NCBI GenBank assembly: GCA_951406725.2
Contig: OX597821.1
Location: 76,074,001-76,138,000 of the forward strand
Origin: Octopus vulgaris
Lineage: Eukaryota
Reading direction: 5' to 3'
Length of the DNA: 64,000 bases
Positions 40,991 to 53,559 of the stretch are shown piece by piece. Position numbers and translations under genes: made by a program. Position 1 is the first letter of the stretch. The number at the start of each line of letters is the position of its first letter. The notes below the pieces were generated by a model. That model had not been told where the DNA came from. It made no database searches and was given only the letters and a program-made list of their open reading frames with translations.

Positions 40991-41396
40991 ATATTGAAAA
41001 ATTTGTACAATATGGAGGATTATTGAAACTATATTGTAGTTATATACACCAAGATAGACATGATCAATCAAGTGTTACATTTATTTATTTTGTTATCGTT
41101 TCACTGGCTGTAGTTCACCTTGGAGAAAAGGCGTATGCTTATGGGTTTGTTAGTCCTCCCTCGCCTGGCTGCTGTTCTTCTTGAGCAACTGTAGGAAAAG
41201 TATCCACAAGAAGATGATTCTAGAAGCTTTAAATCCCGAGGATGAAAGATTGGAAGATTTGGTAAGTGCTGTGGACGGATTCAATTTGATTTCAACAGAG
41301 AAAAGCACCGATAAATCGCTGAAAAATATGAGGTGTTGATTCATCTCTTTAAACATTCGTCAACAACTGGTCCAGCTCTATATTTTACGAACAATA

Positions 41397-41601
41397 GTCG
41401 CAGGAGTGGCTGTGTGGTAAGAAGCTTGCTTCCCAATCACATAATTCACGGGTTCAGTCCCACTGCTTGGCACCTTGAGCAAGAGTCTTCTACTATAGTC
41501 TCGGGACGACCAAAGCTAGTGGATATGGAAGACGAAAACTGAAAGGAGCCCGTCGTATATATATATGTGTGTGTATGTATGTATATCTATCTATCTATCT
41601 A

Positions 41602-41643
<42 letters not shown>

Positions 41644-41880
41644 TATATATATATATGCATCTATTTGTTATTCGTGTCTGTGTTTGACTCCACGCCCATC
41701 GCTTGACAACCGATGCTGGTGTGTTTACGTCCCCGTAACCTAGCAGTTCGGCAAAAAGAGACCGATTTGAATGAGTACTACGCTTACAAAGACTAAGTTC
41801 TTGGATCGATTTGTTCGACGAAAGGTGGCGCTCCATGATGGCTGCAGTCAAATGACTGAAACAAGTGAAAGAATAAGACA
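41397..41880 (+). mobile_element. SINE family A copy
   Basis: Similar to 1232-1680. Confidence 0.9.
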
Positions 41881-41982
41881 ATAAAAGAATAGTACTAAAA
41901 CGATGGTGTCCCACGTTGAAAAGATTGAAATTCTGCGTCAGAATTAATTTATAGGGTTCAATATCTAGAGAAGGTTTTTTTA

Positions 41983-42190
41983 AGGCCGCTATCTTGCAGA
42001 ATCGCCAACACGCCGGACAAAATGTTTAGCAGCATTTCGTCCGTCTTTATATTCTGAGTTCAAATTCTGCCGCAATCGACATTTCTTTTTATCCTTTCGA
42101 GCTCGATAAAATAAGCGCGGGGTCCAGGCAATCGACTCTTCTAAACCTCCCCTAAAACTGCTGGTCTTATCCCAAAATTTGAAACCAATA
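41983..42190 (+). mobile_element. SINE family B, decayed
   Basis: cgccggacaaaatgtttagc...ctgagttcaaattctgccgc. Confidence 0.75.
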
Positions 42191-42469
42191 TTCCGAGAAT
42201 TTCATATTATTACTTGATTTATTAAAGGAAAGTTATTTTTGAATTAGTAATAATGATTGAAATATCACCTTCACATTGTACTTCGATTAGGGGTCGGTTT
42301 CAAGAATATTTTGAAATGTTTGATAACTTGACTCATTACAATCTGGTTTTATTGCACACTGCATCTCTCTTCGATTTCTTGGGTGAATAAAAGAAATGTG
42401 TCAGAAAAGGCAATAAAACAAATCCCTCCATTAATAATATATTGAACAAGTTGTGTATGTTGGTATATT

Positions 42470-42537
42470 ATAATAACACCCAGCTCAGTATATAACAATA
42501 ACATCCAGCTCAGTATAACATAATAACACTCAGCTCA
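42470..42537. repeat. about 24-bp tandem repeat x3
   Basis: ataacaYYcagctcagtata(t)aca. Confidence 0.85.
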
Positions 42538-42622
42538 CGCAAATTGTTCTCTATTTAAGAAAACAATAAGCTTGGTGGTGTCATCATAACAGTTGTTACA
42601 CCTCAATAATAAATGTTAATCG

Positions 42623-43030
42623 TATTACCTCCACCTTAGCGAAGGCGGGGGTATTCTTTTCAGTCGTGTTAGTTTGTTTGCTTGTTTATCTATAGACAAG
42701 ATCCGCTAAATGAATTCGGATGAGTGTTTCAGAGATGTTTGGCCTCGTAACTGGCACGAACTGATTAGATTTTGGGAGCGATCCAGTACCGAACAAGGAT
42801 TCTGGATTATTTTTCCCGTTTTAAAAATTATCTCTGGCTAATAGTTGAGAGGACGCCGGCGCCGCCTCAGGTTGTAAGTAAGTTATTCTACTGGCATTTT
42901 TCATAGTGTGATGTAATTTTGTGATAGTCTTCGTTTGAACACTTTTGTGAACTGTTTTTGCTGCTTTGTGGCAGCATGTTTCGAATTGTTGTACGAGGAT
43001 TGCAGCTCTTCGGGGCTGCAATAATTTGCT
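42623..43030 (+). mobile_element. Helentron-associated (HINE/DINE-1-like) non-autonomous element
   Basis: Starts tattacctccaccttagcgaaggcgggggt (short inverted repeat), then (gttt)n and gattagattttgggagcgatcc as in HINE-type elements; right end uncertain. Confidence 0.55.
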
Positions 43031-43333
43031 AATATATTAATTTTGTTATTATCTTGAATGACTATTTTTAAAAAAATGATAATAACAGAATTAATAAGTG
43101 ACTGCAAGCCCAAGCGAGTGTGGGCCCAAGCGATTGCAGGCCCAAGAAAAGCATTAAATGGCTGAAGGATTAAAATTAAAATTAATCAAAGGACATACTA
43201 TGTATGTCTGCCTGCTGGAAATAACAGTTAAAACTGTTAAATCGCCAAATTACAATGACGATAACTGCAGAAATCAACCCAAGGCAGATTAGGTTGATAA
43301 AATCTCCTAATGTACATTTAAGTATATGGACAT

Positions 43334-43388
43334 ACGTGAACCGGTTTCTGCATTGGCAAAATAAATCACCTCGGCTTCTTCAGCACGC
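43334..43388 (-). ncRNA. minimal hammerhead motif, stem II eroded
   Basis: GCGTG CTGAAGA AGCC...TGCA GAAA CCGG TT^CACGT; 5-bp stem I, palindromic ACCGGT. Confidence 0.65.
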
Positions 43389-43396
43389 AAACAATT

Positions 43397-43432
<36 letters not shown>

Positions 43433-43482
43433 TGTATGTATGTATGTATGTATGTATGTATGTATGTATGTATGTATGTATG

Positions 43483-43547
<65 letters not shown>

Positions 43548-43575
43548 ATATGTATACGTATGTATGTATATATAC

Positions 43576-43990
43576 AGGCGCAGGAGTGGCTGTGTGGTAA
43601 GTAGCTTGCCTACCAACCACATGGTTCTGGGTTCAGTCCCACTGCGTGGCATCTTGGGCAAGTGTCTTCTGCTATAGCCTCGGGCCGACCAATGCCTTGT
43701 GAGTGGATTTGGTAGACGGAAACTGAAAGAAGCCTGTCGTATATATGTATATATATGTATGTATGTGTATGTATATGTTTGAGTGTCTGTATTTGTCCCT
43801 CTAGCATTGCTTGACAACCGATGCTGGTGTGTTTACGTCCCCGTCACTTAGCGGTTCGGCAAAAGGGACCGATAGAATAAGTACTGGGCTTACAAAGAAT
43901 AAGTCCCGGGGTCGATTTGCTCGACTAAAGGCGGTGCTCCAGCATGGCCGCAGTCAAATGACTGAAACAAGTAAAAGAGTAAAAAGAGAG
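43576..43990 (+). mobile_element. SINE family A, well-preserved copy
   Basis: Complete head, body and (aaagagt)n-like tail. Confidence 0.92.
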
Positions 43991-44690
43991 TAAACATCTA
44001 TATAACAGAACGAGGAATAATATATATATATATAGATATATATATATATATATACATATACATCTATGTATGAGGACGAGGATTAATATATATATATATA
44101 TACCAAATCATTCCATTCGTCGCACAAGACTACATAATACAGGAGTTTACATCGATTTAATAGACACAAGCCCATGTGTGATCCTTATTTCATTGAATAG
44201 AAATGAAAGAAAAAATTGACTCTTGACCCACTAAAATAAGGAAACTGATTGTTTTTCACAATTTAGCATGGCGCCTTACCGTTTCTCAAATTCCACTTCC
44301 CTGAATTTTTGTAACTATTTTACGAAATATAGTATAACAGTCATATACACATAAACACACTCTCTTTTTTCCTCTTTCTCCTCCTTTTCTCTTTCTTATT
44401 ATTATTAATTTTTTTTTTTACATCTTTTCATGGTCACCTTTTTGAAATGTTCATTAATTTTTGCTTTCGTTCTTCTCTTTATTTGATTCGTTTCTGCTTC
44501 AACCGCGCTCGAAATATATTGACTGTCATTTATATGAAGCAAGGTCTCTCTCTTAATTCTAAAGCATTTTTCTTCAATTACAACTTGAGCAAATAAAAAA
44601 ACGGATGAGTCTAAGAAGAAGCAGTCAGGCTGTTGGGGTTAATGCTGTACAACAATACAGATATTAGAGAGAAAGGGAAGGAAAGAACGA

Positions 44691-44734
<44 letters not shown>

Positions 44735-46528
44735 AGGAAGGAAGCAAACAAACAAAAGAAAGAAAGAAAGAAAGAAAGAAGCGGGGAGGAAGACGGTAAT
44801 AAAAACTAAGAAATCTGAATGTTTGCGCGAACGATTTCACTGATTCTGTTTGCTTTTGTGATGTTTTCCTAATAATACTTTCTCGTATGACACAATAAGT
44901 GTTTTTACTCAAATAAATCTTTGTTGAAGATGTGGCAAATTATTTTGATACTTTTAGTCTATTTTACCAATGAACACGTGACGAGTTGTTATTGTTACTA
45001 TTGTTTTATTGTTAGTTCACTGAGATTATTCTTAAACATTTTCAACATTGTTATTTTCTTGTCTTCTGTTGAAGTGTCAACGTTTAAAATGACGGTGATT
45101 GTTAATTTAGCAGCCATCATTTCCCAGTCTGTTGGCCCTGTTTAAAGTAATATTTGGTAAAGCCACAAAAGAATACGCTTCCTGCATTTTCTGTCCAACT
45201 CCAAAAGCTGACGTACCCCCGTGTTTCTTAGCTTGAGTCACTACATCTATAAATGTACGCCTAAAGGATATGAGCGGACAGATGTCGACACTATCAGCCA
45301 TTGACGTAAATCAACAACAACAAAAAAAGCACGAGCGAGGTAAACATTTATTTATTCGACGAAAAGGATTACGGGAATAAAGCTAGGAAAAGAAAGGTAC
45401 ACATAAACCTAGAAACACCCCTTGTTTAGCACACAAGCATTTCAGTGGGGTTGACCTTATACTATTCTTTTATTTAAGGGAAAGTTCTCTTTCAATAAAT
45501 ATGGTGTTGAAATTTGCACAGGAACAATTGAAGGCAGCCAGCCTCGGATTAATATTTTCTTTTTTCATATCCACCGTCACTTCCTGAATTGTGGAGGAAA
45601 TTAAGTAAAATGCAGGAACATAATTTCTTGTGTTTCAAAAGCACCATGGCGCTTCTATAATTTCTAATCGGTTATTTCAAAACTTGTCAGGATCTTTGAG
45701 AGATAACTTTATTCACGTGAAATAAAAAAAAAACTACTTTATTGTTTACGAAAGGCTGGACAGCAGAGTGACGGTCATATCTCAGGGCGTTTCATTTTAT
45801 GAGTTTAAGTTCCATACAGGTCAACTTTGGCTGTGGTCCTTTCAAGTTCGATAAAATAAATAGTGCGGCCAATCGACTGTATCGTAAGAAGTGGAATCCA
45901 GCATGGCCGCAGTCGAATGCCTCAAGCCAGCGAAAGAAAAATGGATGTTGCAACGTTTGGGCGGAATAAATATTGATCGTGTACTTATTTAAACTGCTAA
46001 AAAGAGGAACCTGTTATAAGAATTTCGAAATGCTATTTGTCTCTCAAATATCTCCATCAAAAAATGTGTACCATTCAGTAACACAAAGTGTTAAATTTAC
46101 ATTAAATTTAGATTCATTTAAAAACATGTCAAAATTTTTGTCGTACAACTGTGAGCTGGTCACTGACACAAGTCCAGTGTTACAAGGGATTTGTTAGTGA
46201 TGTATTCTGATCTTGTAACCAGAGTTTCGCAGAATTAGTTTCCAGTTAAACAAACCTATTGAACAAGTGTGTATCCCTGTTGATGCTATTTCCAGTTAAT
46301 GCCCTTGGGAAATTAATACACGCCACACAATCTACCTTTGTCTAGTATAGAGTGCATATATATCTCTTCAACAATAACAAATGTTTTGTTTGTTGTAAAT
46401 AAATTAATAAATTTAAATTTTCATCGAGTAAAAACAGTGAGCTGTTACATATGTGCTTGCTTGTATTTATGCATGCATCTTATTTATATATTTGTATCTA
46501 TATAAATAGGGGAATAAATACGATTAAC

Positions 46529-46599
46529 CCATCAGGACAGTGTACTTTTTCTTTCCTTGTGTACTGTTGGAATCCGCCATCTTGTTACTGTCGATACGC
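46529..46599 (-). CDS. candidate start-codon exon of an unidentified host gene (MADSNSTQGKKKYTVLM)
   Basis: Acceptor tttcacgtttctctttcag, AAGATGGCG start context at 46580, weak donor G|GTTAAT; no recognised homology. Confidence 0.25.
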
Positions 46600-47087
46600 C
46601 TGAAAGAGAAACGTGAAAGTTAAAATATAGAACAAGTCACGTCACATTGCGTTAATAACATCCAGCAGAATAAAAGGCATTAATCCACATCATATTCAGG
46701 GACTAGACTAAGAAATCTGAATAATGCACTGCACATAAACACTGAGTTCAGCATGAGGATTTTTAATAATAGTATTATATATTCCCATGATTTGAGTTCT
46801 ATTCTCCTCTTACCATCATCGAACCTATATATAGAACGATAAAAGATAAACGATTTATTAAAATGTTCAAACCTGTTCTGAATGGAAATAACAGCAATAA
46901 TATAACAACCAGTTAATGGTGTGAGTTAATAAATATAAACAAATTACAGAATATCGGTACACCTGGAAAATCGTGATATTTAAGAGCATGCGGATTCATC
47001 AAAAAAGTATTCTAAAGATTCAGCTGGCTGGAGCAATCTAAGAGGTACTAAAGTTATCAAGAGCTCAACTGTTAGTTAAACACATTT

Positions 47088-47127
47088 GAAATCTGATGAC
47101 TACATTATGTAAGAAAGCGCTAATTTT
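47088..47127 (+). ncRNA. minimal hammerhead motif
   Basis: GAAAT CTGATGA C TACA tta TGTA A GAAA GCGC TA^ATTTT; palindromic AGCGCT; C-A mismatch closes stem II. Confidence 0.65.
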
Positions 47128-47249
47128 GTTAAAATACCATAATAAAAAAAAAACGTTAAAACCAGACTATGTTTTAACTTTATTCAACTGATATATATGT
47201 ATATATATATATATATAAATACATACATACATACTTACATACACGCAAT

Positions 47250-47876
47250 ATAGGTAGCTAATTAGCAATTTAAAACCTGAAGGCAAATTTATACGCGTCG
47301 CTAAAGTGACAAGGGTACAAAGTAGTGCCCAGCATTGCTAGAAATGAGAGTCAAAACAACTCGTCCACAAAAAGTACTATATTAAGCAAGCTGATGAGGG
47401 AGACGAAGCTCCCTACTGTAGTGAGATAAATTTCCCTGCTGAAGTATCAGATACACCCATCTCACGTAATTTCGAATCCCGATCCAAGGCGCCTCGACTT
47501 AACAGAAAAACCGTTGAAAACATGTGCTGTATCAAAACGGTAGAAGAGTATGCTATAAATAATGTAGGTGGTTTATTCGCAATTTAAACCCGAAAGGCGA
47601 ATTTATAGACGTCAATAAAGTGACAACGGTACAAAGTGGTGTCAGAATTGCTAGAAATAAGAGTCAAAATGACTCATTAGGCACAAGAGCATTATCTTAG
47701 TAAGTTGACGAGGGAGGCGAAGCTCTCCACTGACGAGAATTTAAAAGCTATGCATCAGAATTCGAAATCACATGATATGGGTATATCTGATGCTTAGTAG
47801 GGAGCTTTGTTTCCCTCGTCTACTTACTAAGACCCTTATTTCTAGCAATCCTGGTACGTTTATAAATTTGTCCATA
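47250..47876. mobile_element. tandem + inverted pLTR-like repeat complex
   Basis: 47250-47415 is a diverged direct repeat of 47562-47730; 47760-47875 is an inverted, deleted copy; flanked by TA-rich tracts. Confidence 0.75.
47726..47781 (+). ncRNA. type I hammerhead motif, intact core
   Basis: TCCA CTGACGA GAATT (17 nt) AATTC GAAA TCACATGA TA^TGGG. Confidence 0.75.
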
Positions 47877-47895
47877 TATATATATATATATATAT

Positions 47896-48297
47896 AGGGG
47901 GAAGAATTCACAACAAAACAAAAGACGAAGTCAGGTGGTGTAGACAACAAACAGACGTATTAGTTTAACAGTCGGGAAGGGAAAAAGTCTTTAACGTTTA
48001 GAGCATACGCTCTTCGACAAGAAACAAGGAGAAAAAATAAAGAATGTGTAGTGGCTAGCGATCTATCATGGCGAATGCCGGACAGAGGGGTCACACAGGA
48101 GAGCTAGGAAGAAGGGGAGATAATAAAGTAGTGGTGATCCCAAAATGAAGGTGCGCGTGCGTGTGTATAAGAAAGCATTTATGTGCGTGTGGAAGAGGGC
48201 AGGTGGCATTGACGTGTGCGTGTGTGCATGTGTAGGTGTGTGGATGATGGTGTGGGGCTGGGAAGGGGCCAGTGCTAGTGTGTGCGTGATGGTGTGA
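47896..48297 (-). mobile_element. pLTR-like repeat, same family as 29341-29525, with decayed HHR at about 47989-48024
   Basis: ttgTCGA A GAGC gtat GCTC TAAA CGTT AAAGA. Confidence 0.7.
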
Positions 48298-48700
48298 TCA
48301 CCAAATAGACACCATTAGCCTTTTTTTGGTGAATATTCCTTTTTGGTTTGTGTTTTGGCACTTCGTCTCTATCCAACCACTGTGCAGAACGCTTGTTATT
48401 GTTGAAAAGAATCCATTTTCCTCACACGTAACAATACGATGCAAAAATGGTTTGCTTTTATGCCGTGACATCAAAGGATAGCAAGTTTCAAGACGATGTG
48501 TCATTTAATGCTCATTCAGTTCGTGTGGTACCCACTTGTCCAGCTTTTTTACCTTACTGATTTATTTCAGTTGGTCCAATACAGTTCGAATAGACACATC
48601 AAACCTTACTGCTAACGCATGCATAGCCTGAGAAGTATCCGCTATCCTCTACAGTTTACCGCTCATCATTATTTATAAGACCGCCACATTCTGTTGGCAA
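48298..48700 (-). pseudogene. mariner transposase fragment
   Basis: LDKWVPHEL and FLHRIVTCEE motifs (WVPHEL; first catalytic Asp region), frameshifted. Confidence 0.85.
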
Positions 48701-48759
48701 ATAAACTTTACTATTCCGTACTGTTACTGTCTATCTCTCACTGAGAGAGTTAAAACAAG

Positions 48760-48866
<107 letters not shown>

Positions 48867-48914
48867 TACGCGCGCGCACACACACACATATATATAACTG
48901 AAATGTTCCGATTT

Positions 48915-49376
48915 TCAGCACTCAGAGCAACTCGTCTCCAATCTGGTCTCAAGCATTTGTCTTATGAAGAAAGGCTGAAGACGCTCGACCTTTATTCTCT
49001 AGAAAAACGACGACGCAGTGGTGATCTCATTCTTGCTCACAACATTATAAGCGAAAAGTTTAACCTCTTGAAAGAGCTGTTCTTCTCTCCTGCTCCAGAG
49101 CGTAGGCTGTGGGGTCACTCCGAAAAGCTGTATCTGCGACGATTTCATCTCAATCGAAGGAGAGGGTCTTTCTCCGTCCGGGTTGCGGATCCGTGGAATA
49201 AGCTGCTGGATGAGATAGTGAAGATGCCGACGAGCGCTCGGTTCAAAGTCTCTCTTGACCAGAAATGGGCTGAACTCTTTGCATGAACACCCCTGTACAT
49301 AACTCCATGTCCCCTACAAGGCCTTACTTTTTGCTTTTTGAACCCCCAAATTAACTTAACTTAACTTAACTTAACA
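48915..49376 (+). mobile_element. CR1-clade LINE 3' end with (TTAAC)n tail
   Basis: RATRL..GLKHLSYEERLKTLDLYSLEKRRRSGDLI...GHSEKL...FSVRVADPWNKL; tandem tail 49350-49375. Confidence 0.9.
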
Positions 49377-49642
49377 TCCGATAAACTGAGTCAGCTCTTC
49401 CACGAAATATTCACTGAATACTTTTTTGAAATATGAACTTGCAGAACAGAAAGCCTAATTTAAAACTTCATGTGTAAACCTGAATGTCTGAAACCGTGAG
49501 GATGTCTGGTATTATAGTTCATGTATTGGTTAGAATCTGTGTATGTGTGTGTGTGTATGTGTGTGTGTGTGTATGTGTGTGTGTGCATGTGTGGGCATAC
49601 ATGCATGCATGCATGCACACATGCATATATATAGATATATAC

Positions 49643-49715
<73 letters not shown>

Positions 49716-49805
49716 TACAAACATGTTATTTGTTTTAATGACGAATTATAATAGATATGACAGTAAACAGAAGATTTACTTAATATTATGTGGAGAGTAC
49801 ATACT

Positions 49806-50205
49806 CCTTTACTCTTTACTCTTTTACTTGTTTCAGTCATTTGACTGCGGCCATGCTGGAGCACCGCCTTTAGTCGAGCAACTCAACCCCGGGACTTATT
49901 CTTTGTAAGCCCAGTACTTATTCTATCGGTCTCTTTTGCCGAACCGCTAAGTGACGGGGACATAAACACACCAGCATCGGTTGGCAAGCAATGCTAGGGG
50001 GACAAACACACACACACACGCATATATATATATACATATATACGACGGGCTTCTTTTCAGTTTCCGTCTACCAAATCCACTCACAAGGTTTTGGTCGGCC
50101 CGAGGCTATAGTAGAAGACACCTGCCCAAGGTGCCACGCAGTGGGACTGAACCCGGAACCATGTGATTGGTAAGCAAGCTACTTACCACACAGCCACTCC
50201 TGCGC
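49806..50205 (-). mobile_element. SINE family A, well-preserved copy
   Basis: Reverse complement of 43576-43990. Confidence 0.92.
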
Positions 50206-50719
50206 CATCATCATATTTATTATATTTTTATAACAGTGGTGACATTACTTCGAAGTCCGGAGAGGGGCAGCAGGGCGAACCTATGATGCCACTGTCACTA
50301 TACTTCTTTTAAAAGTATATATATATATATATATAACATCATTAAATTACATTTTCACGTGGTATTATGAACAAATATTACGAAGATAAATTATGTATAT
50401 CTGTATATTTGCATGTTTATATGTCTGTGTTATATTAATATATACATATGTGTGTGTGTGTATAATATATATATGTCATATATATAAGCATACATATATA
50501 TGCATATATAAGCATATACATATATATGCATATATATATATACAAATGTGTGTATGCATGTATGTATATATATATATATATTTACATATATATATATATA
50601 TATACATATAAACATATATATATATATATACATACATACATACACATATAAACATACATATATGCACATACATATACACACTCACATACATACAGATATA
50701 TATATATATGTGTGTAATG

Positions 50720-50754
<35 letters not shown>

Positions 50755-51099
50755 GTGTTACTGCACACAAGATTCAGACGTTTAAAAATGAACGAAGATT
50801 TTGGAAACACAACAACGGCATTTCACATGTCCACGTCGTGAATATCCGATTTTCTCAATAGATTACCCTTTGTTACCGCTGTCTCTTATGTTATGCGTTT
50901 GTTTTGTACACAAGTCGGAAGTTTCTTCACTTGCTTAATACTTTTCCAAAAGTCACTAATGGAGAAACTGCGCATTAATCATTTCTTCTTTTTTTCTCCC
51001 CAACACAGTTTAGTTACTGCTAGCTTTGTTGCGCTCAATTGTCTATTGTAGAGGGTGATGCGTTTCAACGAACATGTTGATATTGTTATATTTGTAATC

Positions 51100-51112
51100 A
51101 TTTATTATTATT

Positions 51113-51144
<32 letters not shown>

Positions 51145-51340
51145 CATCATCTTTATCATCATCGTCATCATGATCATTATTATTATCATCATTATTACTG
51201 TAGACTTTTATCGCATTTCATTGACTTTTCCATTCTTTTTCTCCCCATCCTTTATGTAAAATTCCCCCCCACAATTTGCTAACTGTTCTTGTGATGTCTC
51301 GCTCATTTATGCCCCTGTGGCTAATGAAAAAATATTATTA

Positions 51341-51398
<58 letters not shown>

Positions 51399-51623
51399 CA
51401 TCATCCTTCTTATTATTAATATTATCATTCTTCTTCTTCTTCTTCTTCTTCTTCTTCTTCTTCTTCTTCTTCTTCTACTACTTCTTCTTCTACCTCTTCT
51501 TCTTCTATTTCTTCTACTTCTTCTTCTTCTATTTCTTCTACTTCTTCTACTCTTCTACTTCTTCTTCTTCTACTTCTTCTTCTTCTTCTTCTTCTTATCA
51601 TTATTATTATTATTATCATTTAC

Positions 51624-51680
<57 letters not shown>
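51100..51680. repeat. compound (ATC)/(ATT)/(CTT)n microsatellites
   Basis: Direct reading. Confidence 0.95.
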
Positions 51681-52049
51681 TTTCACTGTTGATACATTTT
51701 TCATTGTCTAAAGTAATTTCACAAAACGGCGGTGCATCAGCATGGCCGCAGCTCTGAGCTGAAACTAGAGAAAAAAAAAATTGCCGCAGCCACTGTCTCT
51801 GTGTGACTCTTTGTGGTCCGTTTTCTATTGCTCTTTTTTCTTCTTTTATTAGTATTGTCACCGTTATCGTTGTTGTTGCTGTTGCTGTTGTTATATATCT
51901 CAAATTCTTCCTCTCATTCTATGAGTTTACGTTGGGATTTGAGATAAATTTAACTGCCATTTCTAGCACATCGAACGACCACATGGTACCTCCCGCCTTA
52001 GTTTCGTTGCGTTTATTACTGTTGTTAACGTAGACGATTGTTCTACGAC

Positions 52050-52124
<75 letters not shown>

Positions 52125-52959
52125 TGTTGTTGTTGTAGATGTGGTTGAGATGTTGCGAATTGCGATGACGGATCCGGATTCTGTATGGCGGTGTTGCTAT
52201 TTATTGGGGGTGAATATTTTGGCAGAGGTTGTTGTGATCATAAATTAGCCGCGCTGGTACTAGCTATTGTTCGGGTGGGGGAGAGCGAGGGTGGCTGCGC
52301 GGGTGGGGGTGGGGTGGAGGCTGATGCTATGGAGCTTTTTATTTTGCGCAAGTATTTCTGATGGTTGAGGTCGGGTGGAGAGGGCCAAGGTTGTCGGATC
52401 CGTCGTCTATATTGATGGCATCTCGTTCTTCTTTTTGTTCTTTTTTTTCGATAATTTGTTTTCAATATTTGGTGTTACTGTCGCTGCCGCCGCCGCCGCT
52501 GCAGCCGCTGCCGCCGTCCTCGTTGTTGTTATTGTTGTGGTTGTTTTTGTTGTTTGTTGTTGTTGTTTTGTTTTACATATGATCTGATCTAGCAATCAGA
52601 ACGACATTTAATTTTATTCAACAAAAGCAATTTAGAAAATGTTTGCGTGTTCGTTCCACTAAACACAGACACAAAGCTATGGCTACGTGTAGTGTTATGC
52701 TCTGGCGAAAGCTTTAATACACTTGCAGTTTACAGCCTGCAAATAATTCAACAGAGATTCTGCAGAGACCAACCTTGTTTTTATTTACTTTTTTCTTTTG
52801 TTTCCGTTTTTGCGTTGCTTGTTTTGGTTTTTGGTTTTTTTTTGGTTTTGTTTTATTTTTCCCGGCAATTCAAAAGAAAATTATCTTTTAGTTTTAATTC
52901 TTGAATACTTTTTTTGTTGAATTTTTATATCTTGTTTTTCTTTTTTTTTAGTTTGTTTC

Positions 52960-53005
<46 letters not shown>

Positions 53006-53559
53006 CTGTTGTTTCTGTTTTCTCAGACCATTTACATTTTTGAATTTTTCGTTATTATATTTTTTTTCTTTTGGTTATGAATGGCAGCAAAGCTAGAAGA
53101 AATATTTTCTACATATTCTTTTTATTTATAAATTTGAAATTTATAAATTTTAATAATTTTTTTTCAAATTGTAAAATTTATAAAATATAAAAAAACTAAA
53201 TTTATGAATATATTTAAAAAAAAAACTTTAAAAAAGTTTTGTGAAAATAACATCTTCTATAAAAGTTACTAGGAGATTATATTTAAAGTTCACAACTTTT
53301 TCAAGAAATCAGCGGAATAGTTTTGTTTTACAAATCTTTAGAGTAGACTGAAAAATCTAGGTGACTGATTCGATCTCACAATATTATAAACAAGCAAAAA
53401 CAACAATATCTATACCACCGGTTTTCAACCATTTTTTTTTACCTATGGACCGCTTTGATTACTGTTTATTCTGGAACCCGATACCCATTCGTTGTTTAAA
53501 ATTTAGTTTTATAGATACTTACAAAATTCCTATTTTGCTGTACACACATTAACTTGTGT

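Noticed and set aside
41152-41260. Possible plus-strand exon ending TTG|gtaagt (also the acceptor at 38560)
   Set aside because: Isolated splice-like signals, no recognisable peptide or partner exons
42470-42537. CRISPR-like array (also 38394-38440, 55662-55741)
   Set aside because: Short head-to-tail tandem duplications without unique spacers, in eukaryotic DNA
47388-47415. CTGATGA-GGGAG..CTCCC as a complete hammerhead
   Set aside because: No GAAA after the hairpin in either repeat unit
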